This document shows, piece by piece, positions 25,554 to 36,908 of a stretch of DNA of 64,000 bases. A model generated the notes under the pieces. The model saw only the letters and a list, made by a program, of their open reading frames with translations. It did no database searches and was not told where the DNA came from. The translations under genes and the position numbers were made by a program. The stretch covers positions 126,744-190,743 of the forward strand of contig NW_005434621.1 in the NCBI RefSeq assembly GCF_000315625.1. Reading direction: 5' to 3'. How positions within the stretch are numbered: the stretch's first letter is position 1; each line of letters starts with the position of its first letter. Source of the DNA: Guillardia theta CCMP2712. Taxonomy: Eukaryota; Protista; Cryptophyta.

Positions 25554-28426
25554 TTAATCCCTCTGCTCCAGCTCCTGTTCGCTGCCCTTGTTTCCCCTGA
25601 GCCCGACTGTCTCCACCTGCTCTCTGTCAACTCCTCACCTCCTCCGCCGCCTCCGCCTCCGCCTCGTACTCGCACTCGCACTCGCACTCCTCTTCCTCCT
25701 CCCTCTCCTCCTCCCCGCCCAAAACCCATTCACCTGAAGGTCGTCGCCCCATGATGCCAGTGCTGGCGCGTTCCGCAGCAGGATGACGCCAAACACGCAC
25801 TGGTACCGCCATGAGCGAGAGAGAGAAAGGGGAGCGAGCAGGGGTTATAGGAACAACCAGGACAAGGGAAGCGACAGAGGCAGGAGGATGGAGGAGGAAG
25901 AGAGTGGTACGGGAGGACATGTAGTTTCTTACCTGTGAAACGAAGTCGAGGATGATGTATAAGAGAACAGCAAGGTCGCTGGGCAGGGCTGAGCAAGTTT
26001 GAGGGATCAAGAAGGAGCAAGCAAACAACCCGACCATGCGCTCCGTCGATGAGGACCCAAGCCCAGGGATAGATCAGGATGGAGAGCTGTGGCCATCCAA
26101 CTTGAGGAAAGTACTGGCAGTGGAAGAGAGATGGCGGAAGGAGGGGAGGAGAAGCAGAAGGGCCGAAAAGAAAGAGATAGACGCACGGAAGAAGGAGGGA
26201 GGGTACACATGGGACTGAAATTGGCAGAGAAGATGAAAGGAGGTACCAGAGTGATACACATCAGGACGCCGTAGAGTTTACGTGTTGAACGACCTTGCCT
26301 ATTTCGATGTCAGAGCCGTCTCCATCCTCTCCCCTCCCTCCTCTCCCATCCATGAGCTTCACCGACCTTGCAGCTGCAGTCGGCAAGATCCCAATCATAG
26401 GAAGACAGACCCCAATGCAGAATGCGTTTCCAAAGACCTGAGATGTAGGTGGTTCAGTGGGAGTCGGGACTAACAATGGGAAGAGAAGAACTAAGACTAT
26501 CGAACACAGAGTGTGTCACAAGGGGAGAGGTGAAGGAGGACCGCGATCAGCAGGAAAAGTAGAGGCGGAAAGGGGTAATTCGAGAAGGGAGGAAGAGCTC
26601 ATACCCAGAATCCCCATCGAGAAGGAGTTGAGACAAATGCACCAACCATCCAGCAGAGCGTCTGGAAGCCAGTCAGAGAACGCCGAGGATGGGAAGGGAA
26701 GGTGAGGGGGGAACGGGGAGAAGAGACAAGAGGAGCGGGTGAGAAGTAGAGCAGAGCAGAAGAGGGTCAAGGCAACCATCATCGTGTTGCAGAAAAACAT
26801 GAAGACTCTTGTGCTGAAGCCAGCGCCAGTGATGAGGAAGAGATCGAGGAGGATGAGAGGAGTCGTGACGAGCTGCGGCGGGTTAGCATAGCAAGTTCAT
26901 CTCACTCACCCGCATCGGTCACCTGCGCAATGTGGCGACCAAAAAAGAGAGGGTAAGTCTGAAGTGTCTTCCATTCTGAGCAGGAGGAGGGTCAAGGGAG
27001 GGTACTTGCTCCCAAGTTCACCTACCGTGCGGATTCTGTGGCTCCCCCTGGTTCAGAAGTCAGCAGGTGAAACGAGCGACGTTGAGACTTACCAAGTGCG
27101 CAGAGAAAGGTTGAGAGTAGTGCCATGACACTGGAAGAGAAATCAGCCAATGCAACCCCATCGTCGACCCGATCCTGCTCTCCTCCCTCTCTCCCTCCCT
27201 CCCTCCCTCCCTCCCTCCCTCCCTCCCTCCCTCCCTCCCTCCTTTGCGCTCCATCCTCTCTTGCCCTCCCTCCCCCTCCCTTTCTGTCCCTCCTTATCCG
27301 TTGCGTCCTTTCCCCTCGCACTAAAGAATCGAGCAAACTTCTGACCCTCACCTGCTCCCTGAGGCCCCTTGATTCTCCACAGCGGCTGATTTGGAGGTCA
27401 CGCAATACGACATCATATCTTATGTTGCCAGCCTCCTGACCTGAATTCCGTTCCCAGTGGCCATGGCGAGATAAGACATCGTAGTGACGCTGCAAGATCA
27501 AGTCATCCAATGCTTCAGTCCAGCTTGACCCCGCAAACTTCTCACCTGGTAACAAAGAAGGTGTTGAAGTAGAGGAACCTCCTCGCGCTCTCTGCCCTCA
27601 GCCCCCAGCTGCGTAACGCGCTCAGTGGTGGGATATGGCAGGGAAGCATCTGCTTCTTCATCTCTTACATCAGGAACAGGAACGAGCAAATCAGCATCAC
27701 AGCAAAGTTGAGGTAGAGCAAGAAGACACCAAACGGTGAGACCCCAACAACATGCATGATGTTTCTCAACTCCATCGCCTTCCAACTCTCAAGAAAAGCT
27801 TCCTCCATCGCCGACATCGGATCCTGCTCCCCGGAACACGTCCCTGTGCCCCCGTCTGTGTTGGGATGGAAGAAGCTGACGTTGATGGATTCAACCTTCG
27901 GACACTTCCTGTCCCGGCAGTCTACCGCAACGACGTACCAGTTGTGGGAGAACTTGCCTTGAATGTTCTTGAAGGCATCGATCTGAGGTGCATGCATCGA
28001 GTTCTCCGTGATGGTAGCTTTCGCTGCCTTGCTGATCTCTTCGCAGGAACGGCCCATCATGTTCTTCTTCCAGAACGCGTCCCAAGAATTGTGCTCATCA
28101 TCGAAGAAGAAGACAGTCATGGGAGGCGAGCTGTCTTTCCTCGTGATCTTCACTGTCAGCCTCGGAAGCTTGTGGTCGGGGTCTTTATCCTCCTCTTCGG
28201 TCGTCGCGCCGATGCAGAACATCCCAACCAGCACCGATTCCTTGCCAAAACAAATCGGATTTCTGATTTGAATGTTTGTTGTGTTGCCTGACGCCTGCGT
28301 TACAATGGTCTCAGGGAGCTGAGTGAGCGATGGGACCATCGGGAGCTGTTTCAGCGTTCTCATGGGGAATGCTGCGGTGCAGCCCAACAGCAGTGCTACC
28401 GATGCACATAGCCGATTCACGCGCAT
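25554..28426 (-). CDS. 509-aa fusion: signal peptide + TMEM145/GPR180-like ectodomain + type-1 opsin 7TM lacking the retinal lysine (K to Q); 15 exons
   Basis: Exons 28426-27669, 27608-27546, 27489-27441, 27385-27352, 27130-27093, 27047-27026, 26975-26923, 26872-26777, 26661-26605, 26437-26367, 26298-26247, 26086-26035, 25988-25933, 25799-25734, 25616-25554. All introns are GT-AG; total 1530 nt and open. Opsin motifs: SYLAMATGNG (helix B), FFGRHIAQLVTTPLILLDL (C), RWGFW (E), IYPWAWVL (F), LYIILDFVSQCVFGVILLR (G). Confidence 0.88.
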
Positions 28427-28989
28427 TCCGTCCGGGTATCGTCCCTCCCTGAAAGACCCTGCATCAGCATCTCATACACAACACCAGCTGATCTTTCAGC
28501 GCAAACTGCTGTCAGGTCAGCTGATGGGGAGTCAGAGTTCATGTGTTCATGGCATGCACCCTCCTTCCTGTCCATTTCTTCAACCCTTTCCGAATCCTCT
28601 CTCCTCCTCTCCATTCCTCCCTCCAATCTCCTCCTCCCTCCAATCTCCTCATCCCTCCTCTGTCATCCCTCATCTCTCCTGCACGTCATTCAAGCACATC
28701 TTCTGACTTGTTATGCATGATCCCAACCATTCTCGTCCTCTTTGCAATCCCCGCCATCTGTTCTTCGCCTTCCCAGCGCTCTTCCTCTTCAGCTGTCATG
28801 CTGTCGAACCTCGTAAACTTCAACTTTGAGTAAATTTAATTAGTTAAGTGGAAGGGAGAAAACGCGGATAGGTTGGAAAGGCATATCAACAAGTCCGCCT
28901 CACTACTGACGTAACAAGAAGAGAGAGACAGTTGAAACCTCTAGATGGCAGCGGCGGTCATCATGTTGCTAACTTAGTAAGCCAACGGT

Positions 28990-29570
28990 TGACAGTGGGC
29001 CACTGTTCACGCCGGGTTCAAGTTGTGCACTCAGTCAGCACTACATTCATGACCCCCCGGTCCGGGCGTCACGTATTTAACTTGAAGCCTGTGAAGTTAT
29101 AAAAAATCAGTGCGAGGACTGGCATGGCAGGAGACTCAATTCAGTGATTCGACGTCGGAGCCTGCTGGGCCGCCTGAGGTGAGTGTCGCACAGGCCAGCG
29201 GCACGCGGCTGGCACTGCCCCCGGTGACATGGCGACTCGTGACTCCGAGTGAGAAGAGAAAACCCTGACATCCGATCCATCGGAGAACCAACCCCCCGGC
29301 CCGGCGGGCCGGGCCCGGGCGGCCTGCCGACCGGGTGATGACCGCTGTCCGGGTCCGATCAGGGTCCAAACTTCCGATAGTATGCCCTTACCTGTCCTCG
29401 TACTGATTTTTAACTTAACTTTGAGTAAATGTTAGTATGATGCCGCGAGCGATGGCAACGCCAGTATGGCTGATCTTTAACTCAACTTTGAGTAAAGATT
29501 AGTATGGCACAGTGACTCCGGGCGATACGACCGCTCGCCAACCCGCCGATCATGAAAGTACGACTATTGG
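28990..29570. mobile_element. GC-palindrome island carrying inverted copies of a conserved core (possible MITE-like element)
   Basis: Core tgtcctcgtactgatttttaacttaactttgagtaaa at 29393-29429, partial inverted copy at ~29093-29120, degenerate copy at ~29470-29500. Core recurs at ~32286 and ~59559. Confidence 0.45.
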
Positions 29571-29874
29571 GTGACAACTCGTGGATGACTCAGTACCCCT
29601 ATTTCTGAGTGTAATGTCCCCTTCATCAGGGGGTGAGGTACTGCCTAGTACTAATGACGATTTTGCCAATGACCACAAGCACCACCCACCCGTATTATGT
29701 GTTAAGTACCCCCACCACCTCCATTTCCTTCTCGAACCCCCTCCTGAGAGCCTCGAAACAAAGTACTCTGACCCTCCTACCCCTACTCAAATATTTTCCT
29801 CACGCCTTTCTTCTACCCCCTCTCCTTCGCTCCCTCGCTCCCTCGCTCCCTCCTCCTCAAACTAGTCCATCCTC

Positions 29875-32094
29875 ATGGTCCATGAAGCCAGTGCTCTGGC
29901 GTGGGGCCTTGCCTCCGCCGCATCCCTTCCAGCAGGGGCTCTCGTCGCCATCATAAAGAGCCCTCCCGACAAGATGTCTGCCAACCTGATGTCGTTCGGA
30001 GGAGGCGCCTTGCTGTTTGCCCTCTCCATCGAGCTCTTCGGAGTCACCCTTGCACACAAAGATCACTTCATGATTCACGAGTTCAACAAGGTACTTGCTG
30101 CACAACCCTCAACCTGATCCTTCACTTCTCACTTGCTCTACCAGATCATAGTCGTCATGGCCTTCGCTGCCTTGGGAGGAGGAGTAGTCTTCACTGGGCT
30201 CGATCACTTACTGAACAATGCTGGAGCTTTTTTGCGCAAGTTTTCTACTCTCCACTCAGAACAAACAAGAGGATACATGGGTAGGCTGCTGGGATCGAAA
30301 ACCATTTCAGCGTTACAATCTATTCGTGTGTTCCGTAACCTGCCTCGCTCAGCGCTGGAAGCCATTTTACCCCACATGCAGAAGATTACCTTCGACTCTA
30401 ACTCAAGGCCAATCCACTCTGAGATAAGCGAGGAGTCGCTGATCTATTTTGTTGTGCGAGGAAAGATCGCTTTGAATTTCTGCGACAAGGAAGGGAATGT
30501 CCTGCCTCTGTCTCATCGCGAAATCAAGAAGAACGAGATTTTCGGTCACGAAGCGCTCTTAGCCGGCGGAACAGTGCGTTGTACTGCTGTAGCAGTCACT
30601 AAGACCGTCTGCTTGGCAATTGCTCCTCACGCACTGGAGCTCGTGCTCAAAGAGTTTGATCACAATTATCAGGACTCCTGCTCAATCTCCCTCTCCATTC
30701 AAAAGATTGTAGAGACTAAAGAGGACATCCCGCTGGCTGCCATGAATGGAACAGACTATGAGACGATCTTTCAGGGCGGATGCTTCCAAAGCTTCACCCT
30801 TGAGCACAAGAAGGCTCTGTTCTACAACATGTTTCAAGAAGCGTACTTCCTGGGGGAAGAGGTCTTCCAGGAGATCGACAGCATGTCTTCGCTGTTCTTC
30901 ATTGCGAGCGGCAGCGTAACAGTGTCAGAGGGCTCCTGCACCTCGGTGATACGTACAGGTCAGCTACTTGGGGGAGATGTCATAGACATCAGAGCTCGCC
31001 GAAAGTCGGTCAGTCGAACTTCAGCTACAGCTTCTGCTGAAAGCAGGATTTACCGCATCCGAAGTGAAGAGCTTGCAAGGCTGCTCAGCGAGGATCCCAC
31101 CCTTGAGCCTGCGCTGCTGGATGCTTGCCTGTGGCAGCCAGCAAGCTCGCTCGACGAGAGGGATGAGTTTGAACTTGACGTCTCAGCTCAAGATTCTCCC
31201 CAGTCTCCACGGGACAAGGACACAACACCGCATGCGGCAGAGACCGCCGCTCTGCTGCACGGCGATGGCTGTCTGGATGGCATGAACAGGTCTGAAGCTC
31301 GCAATAGCTTTCAACAGCCCAGGACCTCCATCGCGGCAAGTTTGCGGAAATCATTTTCTTCCCGCAGAGCGTCTCATCAGTCCGAGCGCTACTCGGCTGA
31401 GCCGGTTATCAAGGGAAGGCTTTCTACGGAACTTGGCCGCATCCGAAGGCAGACGTCAGTGGACATCGAGAGAAGGAAGTCGCAGGATGCGCAGGACGAA
31501 AAGCTGAAGAACCCGAGCAAGAGGCCCAGCACAAGCGTGGAGGCCGCGAGAGCGTCCGTTGAGACCCCCGAACTCCCCAACCAGATCTTGGAGGAGAACG
31601 AAATGGCCGAGGCGGTGGCTGAGGACCTCAGCAAGGACAAGAACGTTGCGCTCATGATCTGGCTCGGAATTCTCATCGACGCCATCCCTGAGTCCATGGT
31701 GATTGGCTTTATCGTCGCCGAGGGATCTCGAAACCCCCTCGTCTTCGTCATCGGCGTTTTCCTCTCCAACTTCCCTGAAGCCATGGCGTCGGCTAACACC
31801 ATGAAGCACGTCGGCCTCAACACCGTCACCATCTTGCTCCTCTGGACGTCTACCTGCGTCATCACTGGCCTTGGTGCGATGTTTGGGGCCGCGATCATGC
31901 CGAGCTCGGGCTTGAGCGGAGACTTCGAGCTCTTCGTGAAGGCCATGGAGGGGCTGGCGGCGGGTGCCATGCTGACCATGATCGCTCAGACTATGCTGCC
32001 AGAAGCATGCGAGAAGGGAGGAGCCCTGACGGGAATCTTCTGCTCCTGCGGTTTTCTCTCAGCTCTGCTGGCGAAGCTCCTCCCCATATCATGA
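29875..32094 (+). CDS. ZIP (ZupT/GufA-like) metal transporter with two cyclic-nucleotide-binding-like domains in the TM3-TM4 loop (721 aa); exons 29875..30090 and 30145..32094
   Basis: TM1-3 include AASLPAGA and LMSFGGGALLFALSIEL. CNBD-1: IYFVVRGKI...IFGHEALLAGGTVRCTAVA. CNBD-2: LFFIASGSV...LLGGD. TM4 GILIDAIPESMVIG, TM5 VFLSNFPEAMASA, TM7 AAGAMLTMIAQTMLPEA. Confidence 0.9.
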
Positions 32095-32099
32095 GATTC

Positions 32100-32600
32100 A
32101 TAGGCCTCTCGGTGGCTCCGTCATCCGGATCTTCGGCGGTTAACCCGGCGGCGCGGCTATCATATCGGTCCAATATGCATGCCCCAGTGATTGAAGACGG
32201 TACCTCTTATGGCGCCGTCTCTTGTCTTCTCGCCGTATGGCCTGTGCGACAGCCAGGGCCTCCGAGCGGCCTCTATTCTCTTAATTGTCCTCGTACTGAT
32301 TTTTAACTTAACTCCGAGTGAAGAAACTCTGAGTGAAGAAAGAAGCCCGATAGGGCAGCGGCACTGCGGCAGCCTGTCACACTGTCAGAGTGCCGCCGCC
32401 CCCCGGCCTCAGCCGCTGAGCCTGAGGGTGCCCGGCCACTCGCGGCTCGGACCGTCCAGAGTCCGGTCACGCCCGGCCGCGGCCCGGATCGGACGGTCGG
32501 CGGCGACTCGGATCTGATGATCGGCGCCGGACGGTCCTGGCACCGCCGGCTCACAGTTTGGGCCCTCGTCCCCGCATCGCCCAGCGAGTTGACTAAAATC
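32100..32600. repeat. GC-palindrome island with conserved core at ~32274-32330
   Basis: ttctcttaattgtcctcgtactgatttttaacttaactccgagtgaagaaact aligns with the 59.55-kb and 29.4-kb copies. Confidence 0.6.
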
Positions 32601-32900
32601 ATGCAGATGGTCGCAAACTTCGGCTGCAAGGCCGAGCAGTGAGATGATGAGAGGGGAGGAGAGAGGAGGGAGGGAGGAGGAGCAGCAGCAGCAGGACAGG
32701 AGCAGAAGCAGCAGTGATGGGAGGAGGCAAAGGAGGAGGCAAAGGAGGAGGAGGAGGTCAGCGGGTTCGATGGGTACTGTCTTTCCAGATATGAGGTGCA
32801 ATGGCAGCGACCGTAGGCTGTACATCAGCACGATAACAGTGACATGGATGCTTGTGCAGCTGTTTGCGGCTTGACTTTGGTTCTTGCAGCTGACTTCAAG

Positions 32901-33459
32901 ATGAAAGCTTGCTCCCTTCACCTCCTAGCTCTTGCTTTGTCTTGCGTTGCGCTGCGATTGGACGGCGCTCCTCCTCCAGGAACTCGCATCAGGCAAACGC
33001 AGTGCACGTCCTGGCCCAGGCCCCTCAACATTCTTGGCTTTGCGAACCTCTGCGCAGACATGTACATGCACCCGTGTCAGAACACGGTCTCCGTGGAGAT
33101 TTACCTGGAGGGTGCAACAGACGACCTTTTCTTCCAGGTGAAGCTCGAACGCTCCTCCGTGTCGGTCTCAGCTGCTCTCAGGAAATCTCTCCGGACGAGG
33201 GAGGGTTCTGCGCGAAGCCACCGGCAACCTCTGCAGTGACCAGCGCGTGCGGAACTGACTCCATGATCTGCATGAGTTTTATCAAGGATGGTCAAGACAC
33301 GCTGCACATTGGGCCGAGGTTTTTGTCCGGTAGGGAGCGGAGGATGAGAGGATCTAGTCGCTGAGATGTTTGTCAGGTTGCCCGAGTGTCACCCTCAAGA
33401 ACTGCCGGACATTCCCTGGAGCTTATCTTCCGGAGATCCCGATGCAGCTTGACTGTTAG
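32901..33459 (+). CDS. Small secreted Cys-rich protein (3 exons)
   Basis: MKACSLHLLALALSCVAL signal peptide, then ...DDLFFQ|EISPDEGGFCAK...GPRFLS|GCPSVTLKNC...MQLDC*, joined by GT-AG introns. Confidence 0.65.
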
Positions 33460-33527
33460 TTCCTCTCACCTTGCTTTGATTGCTCCATCCCTCCCTCCCC
33501 CATCCCCCTCCTTCGCTCGTTCCCTCC

Positions 33528-34455
33528 ATGATGGAGAGTATGTCCAGGTTTCCAACTAGGATTCAACTGTTCGAACCTGCAAACATGCGACAAATGCATC
33601 GAAAAAGGTTCAGAGTGGCAGGAGGCTATCGAGGGAGCGTACTAATACTTCCATCAAGGGTGCGGATGGTGCAGCGAGGGAGGAGGGCAGTGCATGGAAG
33701 GAGGTCTTCACGGCCCGATGTGCTCGACCTGCGGTAGCAACTGCTCGTGCTCATGGAGCTACGGCCAGTGCAAGGTCACTTCCTGGGAGGGAGGAGTGTC
33801 TGTGTTGAGCCCTCCGTGCAGGTGCCGGAGGCTGACATGGAGAAATTTGAGCGCGACCTGAATCAGACAGCCGAGGCCCTGAAGAAAGCGACCAATGAGT
33901 GAGAAGAAGCTGCTGAGAGTTTCTTGCCTTGCTTGCTTGCTCTGTCCTGCCCACTCTCCATGTCCTGCTCACTCTCCATGTTCTGCTCACTCTTTCGGTC
34001 TCGCTGACTCTCTGTGCCAGGCTGGAGGACCTCGAGGACGTCATCCGTGACGGCAAGGCCGTAAGAACGAGCCTCGTGTTACTCAGGTTACCACGTCTGA
34101 CATGCCTCGATGGGTTAGGTGGACATCTCCGGAACTTCCTACAAGTGCAAGTGAGGATGCGTCTTGCCTGCCCTGCTCGCCCTTGTGACAGCCCAGCAGG
34201 ACTGATGGGCAGATGAAGAGCTCTAGAGCCATCTCGACGACCTTTGCCGTCCTGATCTGCCTCTTTACCTTCCTGGGATCGACACTCGTGGGGTACGCAA
34301 CCAACCCCTTCACGCGTCCAGGTTGTGTGCCGACATGCTGCAGGTGCTACTCTGGGAAGCAAGGATACGCCGATGCCCTGTTGGAGAGGCTCTCGTCGCT
34401 GAAGAGGAGGGTGATGTCCAGGAACACCATGGACGCAGGGTCGCTCTACTCTTGA
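33528..34455 (+). CDS. Hypothetical protein with C-terminal TM helix and Cys motif (5' structure uncertain)
   Basis: The last exon-like ORF 34213..34455 has a hydrophobic helix followed by PGCVPTCCRC. Upstream exon-like fragments are present. Confidence 0.35.
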
Positions 34456-34702
34456 GAGCTCCACGCGTAGGAGAAGGGGAGGAGATGGTGGTGGAATGAG
34501 CCAATGTGAGTGAGAGGAGAGTCAAGGAGGAGGAGGGTAAGGGTGAGGAAGGGGATGGGAGGGAAGCGGAGGAGGGTCTAGGAGGGGAAGGAGGAGAGTG
34601 AAGGAGGAGGGAGAGAGGATGATTTAGTGTTTGTTTGACGGAGCCGTGGTATCTTGCCTACTGTTCTATCTGTGTGCTTTTAATATCTACAATGTGTCCA
34701 CA

Positions 34703-36908
34703 TTAATCTTTGTCTACGGGCATTCTGTCGATGTCAATGACGGTCTCGTAAGGGATCTGATTCCTTACAAACTTGAGCTTCACGTGCAGCTCCGTCGTCT
34801 CCCTCTGCAGACTGGTCAGCTCCTCAACCCCCGCAAACTTGTCGGCGTCACCAGAAGCCGCCTTGCTTGCTGCAGGCTCGTGATTTTCACCTGCCCCCTC
34901 GGTCAGAACAGCGAGGTGGGAGGAGAGGGCAGGGAAGGAGCGGGAAGATAGAGGGGATGGAGGGAGAGGAATGGCCGTACCTCCTCCACATGAGTGAGGA
35001 TGTCTCCACTGTAGATGGCGGGATGAGCTTTGGCTGCAGAACCTTCCTTGAGGACCTGGTAGATGTGAGGAGTAGAAGAGGAGGAAGGAAAGAGAGGAGG
35101 GAGAACAAGCAAGGCAGCATGGAGCGCAGGAGGAGGAGGAGGAGGAGGAGGAGGAGGAGGAGAGGGCATCAGAATGGAGGGAGAGGAGCTACCGAGTGAA
35201 CTTTTACAGCTTCTCGGGTGTTGCCGATCAAATTGAGAGCGCGTGAGAGGTTGGAGGGTTTCCAGGACTCGAGGACAAGACCGATGCCGAAAGCAGGCCT
35301 CCCTTCCTCCAGCCCCTCTCCCTCCCCCCCACCGTTTCCCTCATGCCCGTCTGCCCTGCCCTGCTCCTCCCCGTCACCTTTCGCCTCCTCCTTCAGGCCT
35401 TCTGAGTTTGACCCCTCGGTCTGTCCTCCCTGGGATAAAGGCTTCACGGAGGCACCCTCCTGTTTACCCTTTCCTCCTTCTCCTCCTCCCTCTCCTCCCT
35501 CTCCTCCTCCCTCTCCTCCTCCTTGTCTTGGATTGTTGCTCTGCGTATCTTGTTTCCTATCTGACGAAAACTTGAAGTTCGAGAACATGTTGCTGAGCAA
35601 GGACATCTGTGTCTTGTCCTGTGCCCTGTCCTGTACCTTCTTCTCCCCCTCTCCTCCTCCAGCTTCCCTCCCCTCCCTCTTCGAAGTTCCATCCTGCTCT
35701 TGCTTGCTCGCCCCTGGGATGTTAAGCTCCAGGAAGTCGAGGATGGAGCAGATGAGGAGGCCCTGCTTCCTCGTGTGATTCATGAAGGAAACCTCAGCCT
35801 CCGATGGCCCGCACGTGAGCTTCGACAGAAACCCCTTGTTCTCCTTCCTCTCCATCCTGAACGCCCTCTTGTGCTGTACGATTGAAGAAGAGGAGGGAGG
35901 AGAAGGAGAGAAGGAAAGAGGACAAGGAGGAGGGAGGAGGAGGGAGGAGGAGGAGGAGGAGGAGGAGGAGGAGGAGGAGGAGGAGAAGGGAGAGGAACAG
36001 CGTGAGACACCCTGAACAGAACTCTCTTTCAGAAGCTCCTTACCAGGCCAATCACTTGTAGGCCATTAAGAAGCACAGTGCCAGGAGGGAGAGAAGAATC
36101 ATCAGCATCGTCCACATGGTAGGTGAAGGTGGGCGACGTCAGCCGCAGGATCTTGGTCTCTACCAACTTCTTTTCTCCCGTCTCCTCTAGCTGCAGGTCA
36201 GGCAGGTCAGCATCGCCGAGAGGAGCAGCAACATAGTTGCATACCATGACGACGTGCGCGCGCTCTCCGTTCTCCACTCCTGCGTTCCTGCCCCTGTGAA
36301 GCTCCACAGGAGGGACCGCTGGCCCAGGGTCCGAGCAGGCGACGAAGGTGAACCCGAGCTTTGGGGAGGAGAGGAAGTGGGTACGGGGGAGGAGCGGGAC
36401 CTGGTGTCTGTCCCCTGTGGAAAGATCGAAGATGGCGACACAATCATCAGCGTCGAGCTCTGACGGCAGCGCGTCGCTGGTGGTCAGAATCCCCACCATG
36501 TCCTTGAACTGAACGTAGATCCCGCAAACTTGCTTGCTCCTCCTTCGTAGACGGCAGATAGCGTTGTTGAGCCGCACCCTCCTCTGGTAGCTGCTCAGCA
36601 TGGGCTCTCGGCCATGCATGCGATGCGGGACATCCTCGGACCCAGGCTCTCCGCCCAGCTCTCCGCCCTTGGGGTCCATCGTGGGATGAGGGTGATGATG
36701 ACGGGGGTCAAGGTGAGGTGAAGCCTTGGTGGAAGCTACTGGATCATCCTGCGAAAACAAATCAGCTGGGGGGGAGGAGACGCACAATGCATGCTCGAGT
36801 TCTGTTAGAGCAGCATGGGAAGAGCAGAAACGTGGTCAGGAGCATCTTGACTTTTCTTTTGTTCGCTATCGTCCAAAAGTTCACTGGATATTTCCTCCCA
36901 TCCGCCAT
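34703..36908 (-). CDS. Catalytically dead trypsin-like domain + C-terminal PDZ domain
   Basis: GILTTSDALP, FLSSPKLGFTFVAC and TYHVDDADDSSLPPGTVL...VIGL resemble the LTNxHVLP / LDFTxVA / YxxDTxxGSSGSPV motifs with the triad residues lost. PDZ: FGIGLVL...IYQVLKEGSAAKAHPAIYSGDILTHVE. Ends approximate. Confidence 0.55.

Noticed and set aside
27131-27254. Longer exon 5 (IGSTMGLHWLISLP...)
   Set aside because: It lacks a branch/pyrimidine tract and has the wrong phase. The acceptor ctgatttctcttccag at 27131 fits.
25554-28426. Calling this gene an ordinary GPR180/TMEM145 orthologue from ORF 27665..28426 alone
   Set aside because: The spliced downstream exons carry type-1 opsin signatures (TTPLILLDL, YLAMATG, LDxxxQxxFG) rather than GOST-family helices.
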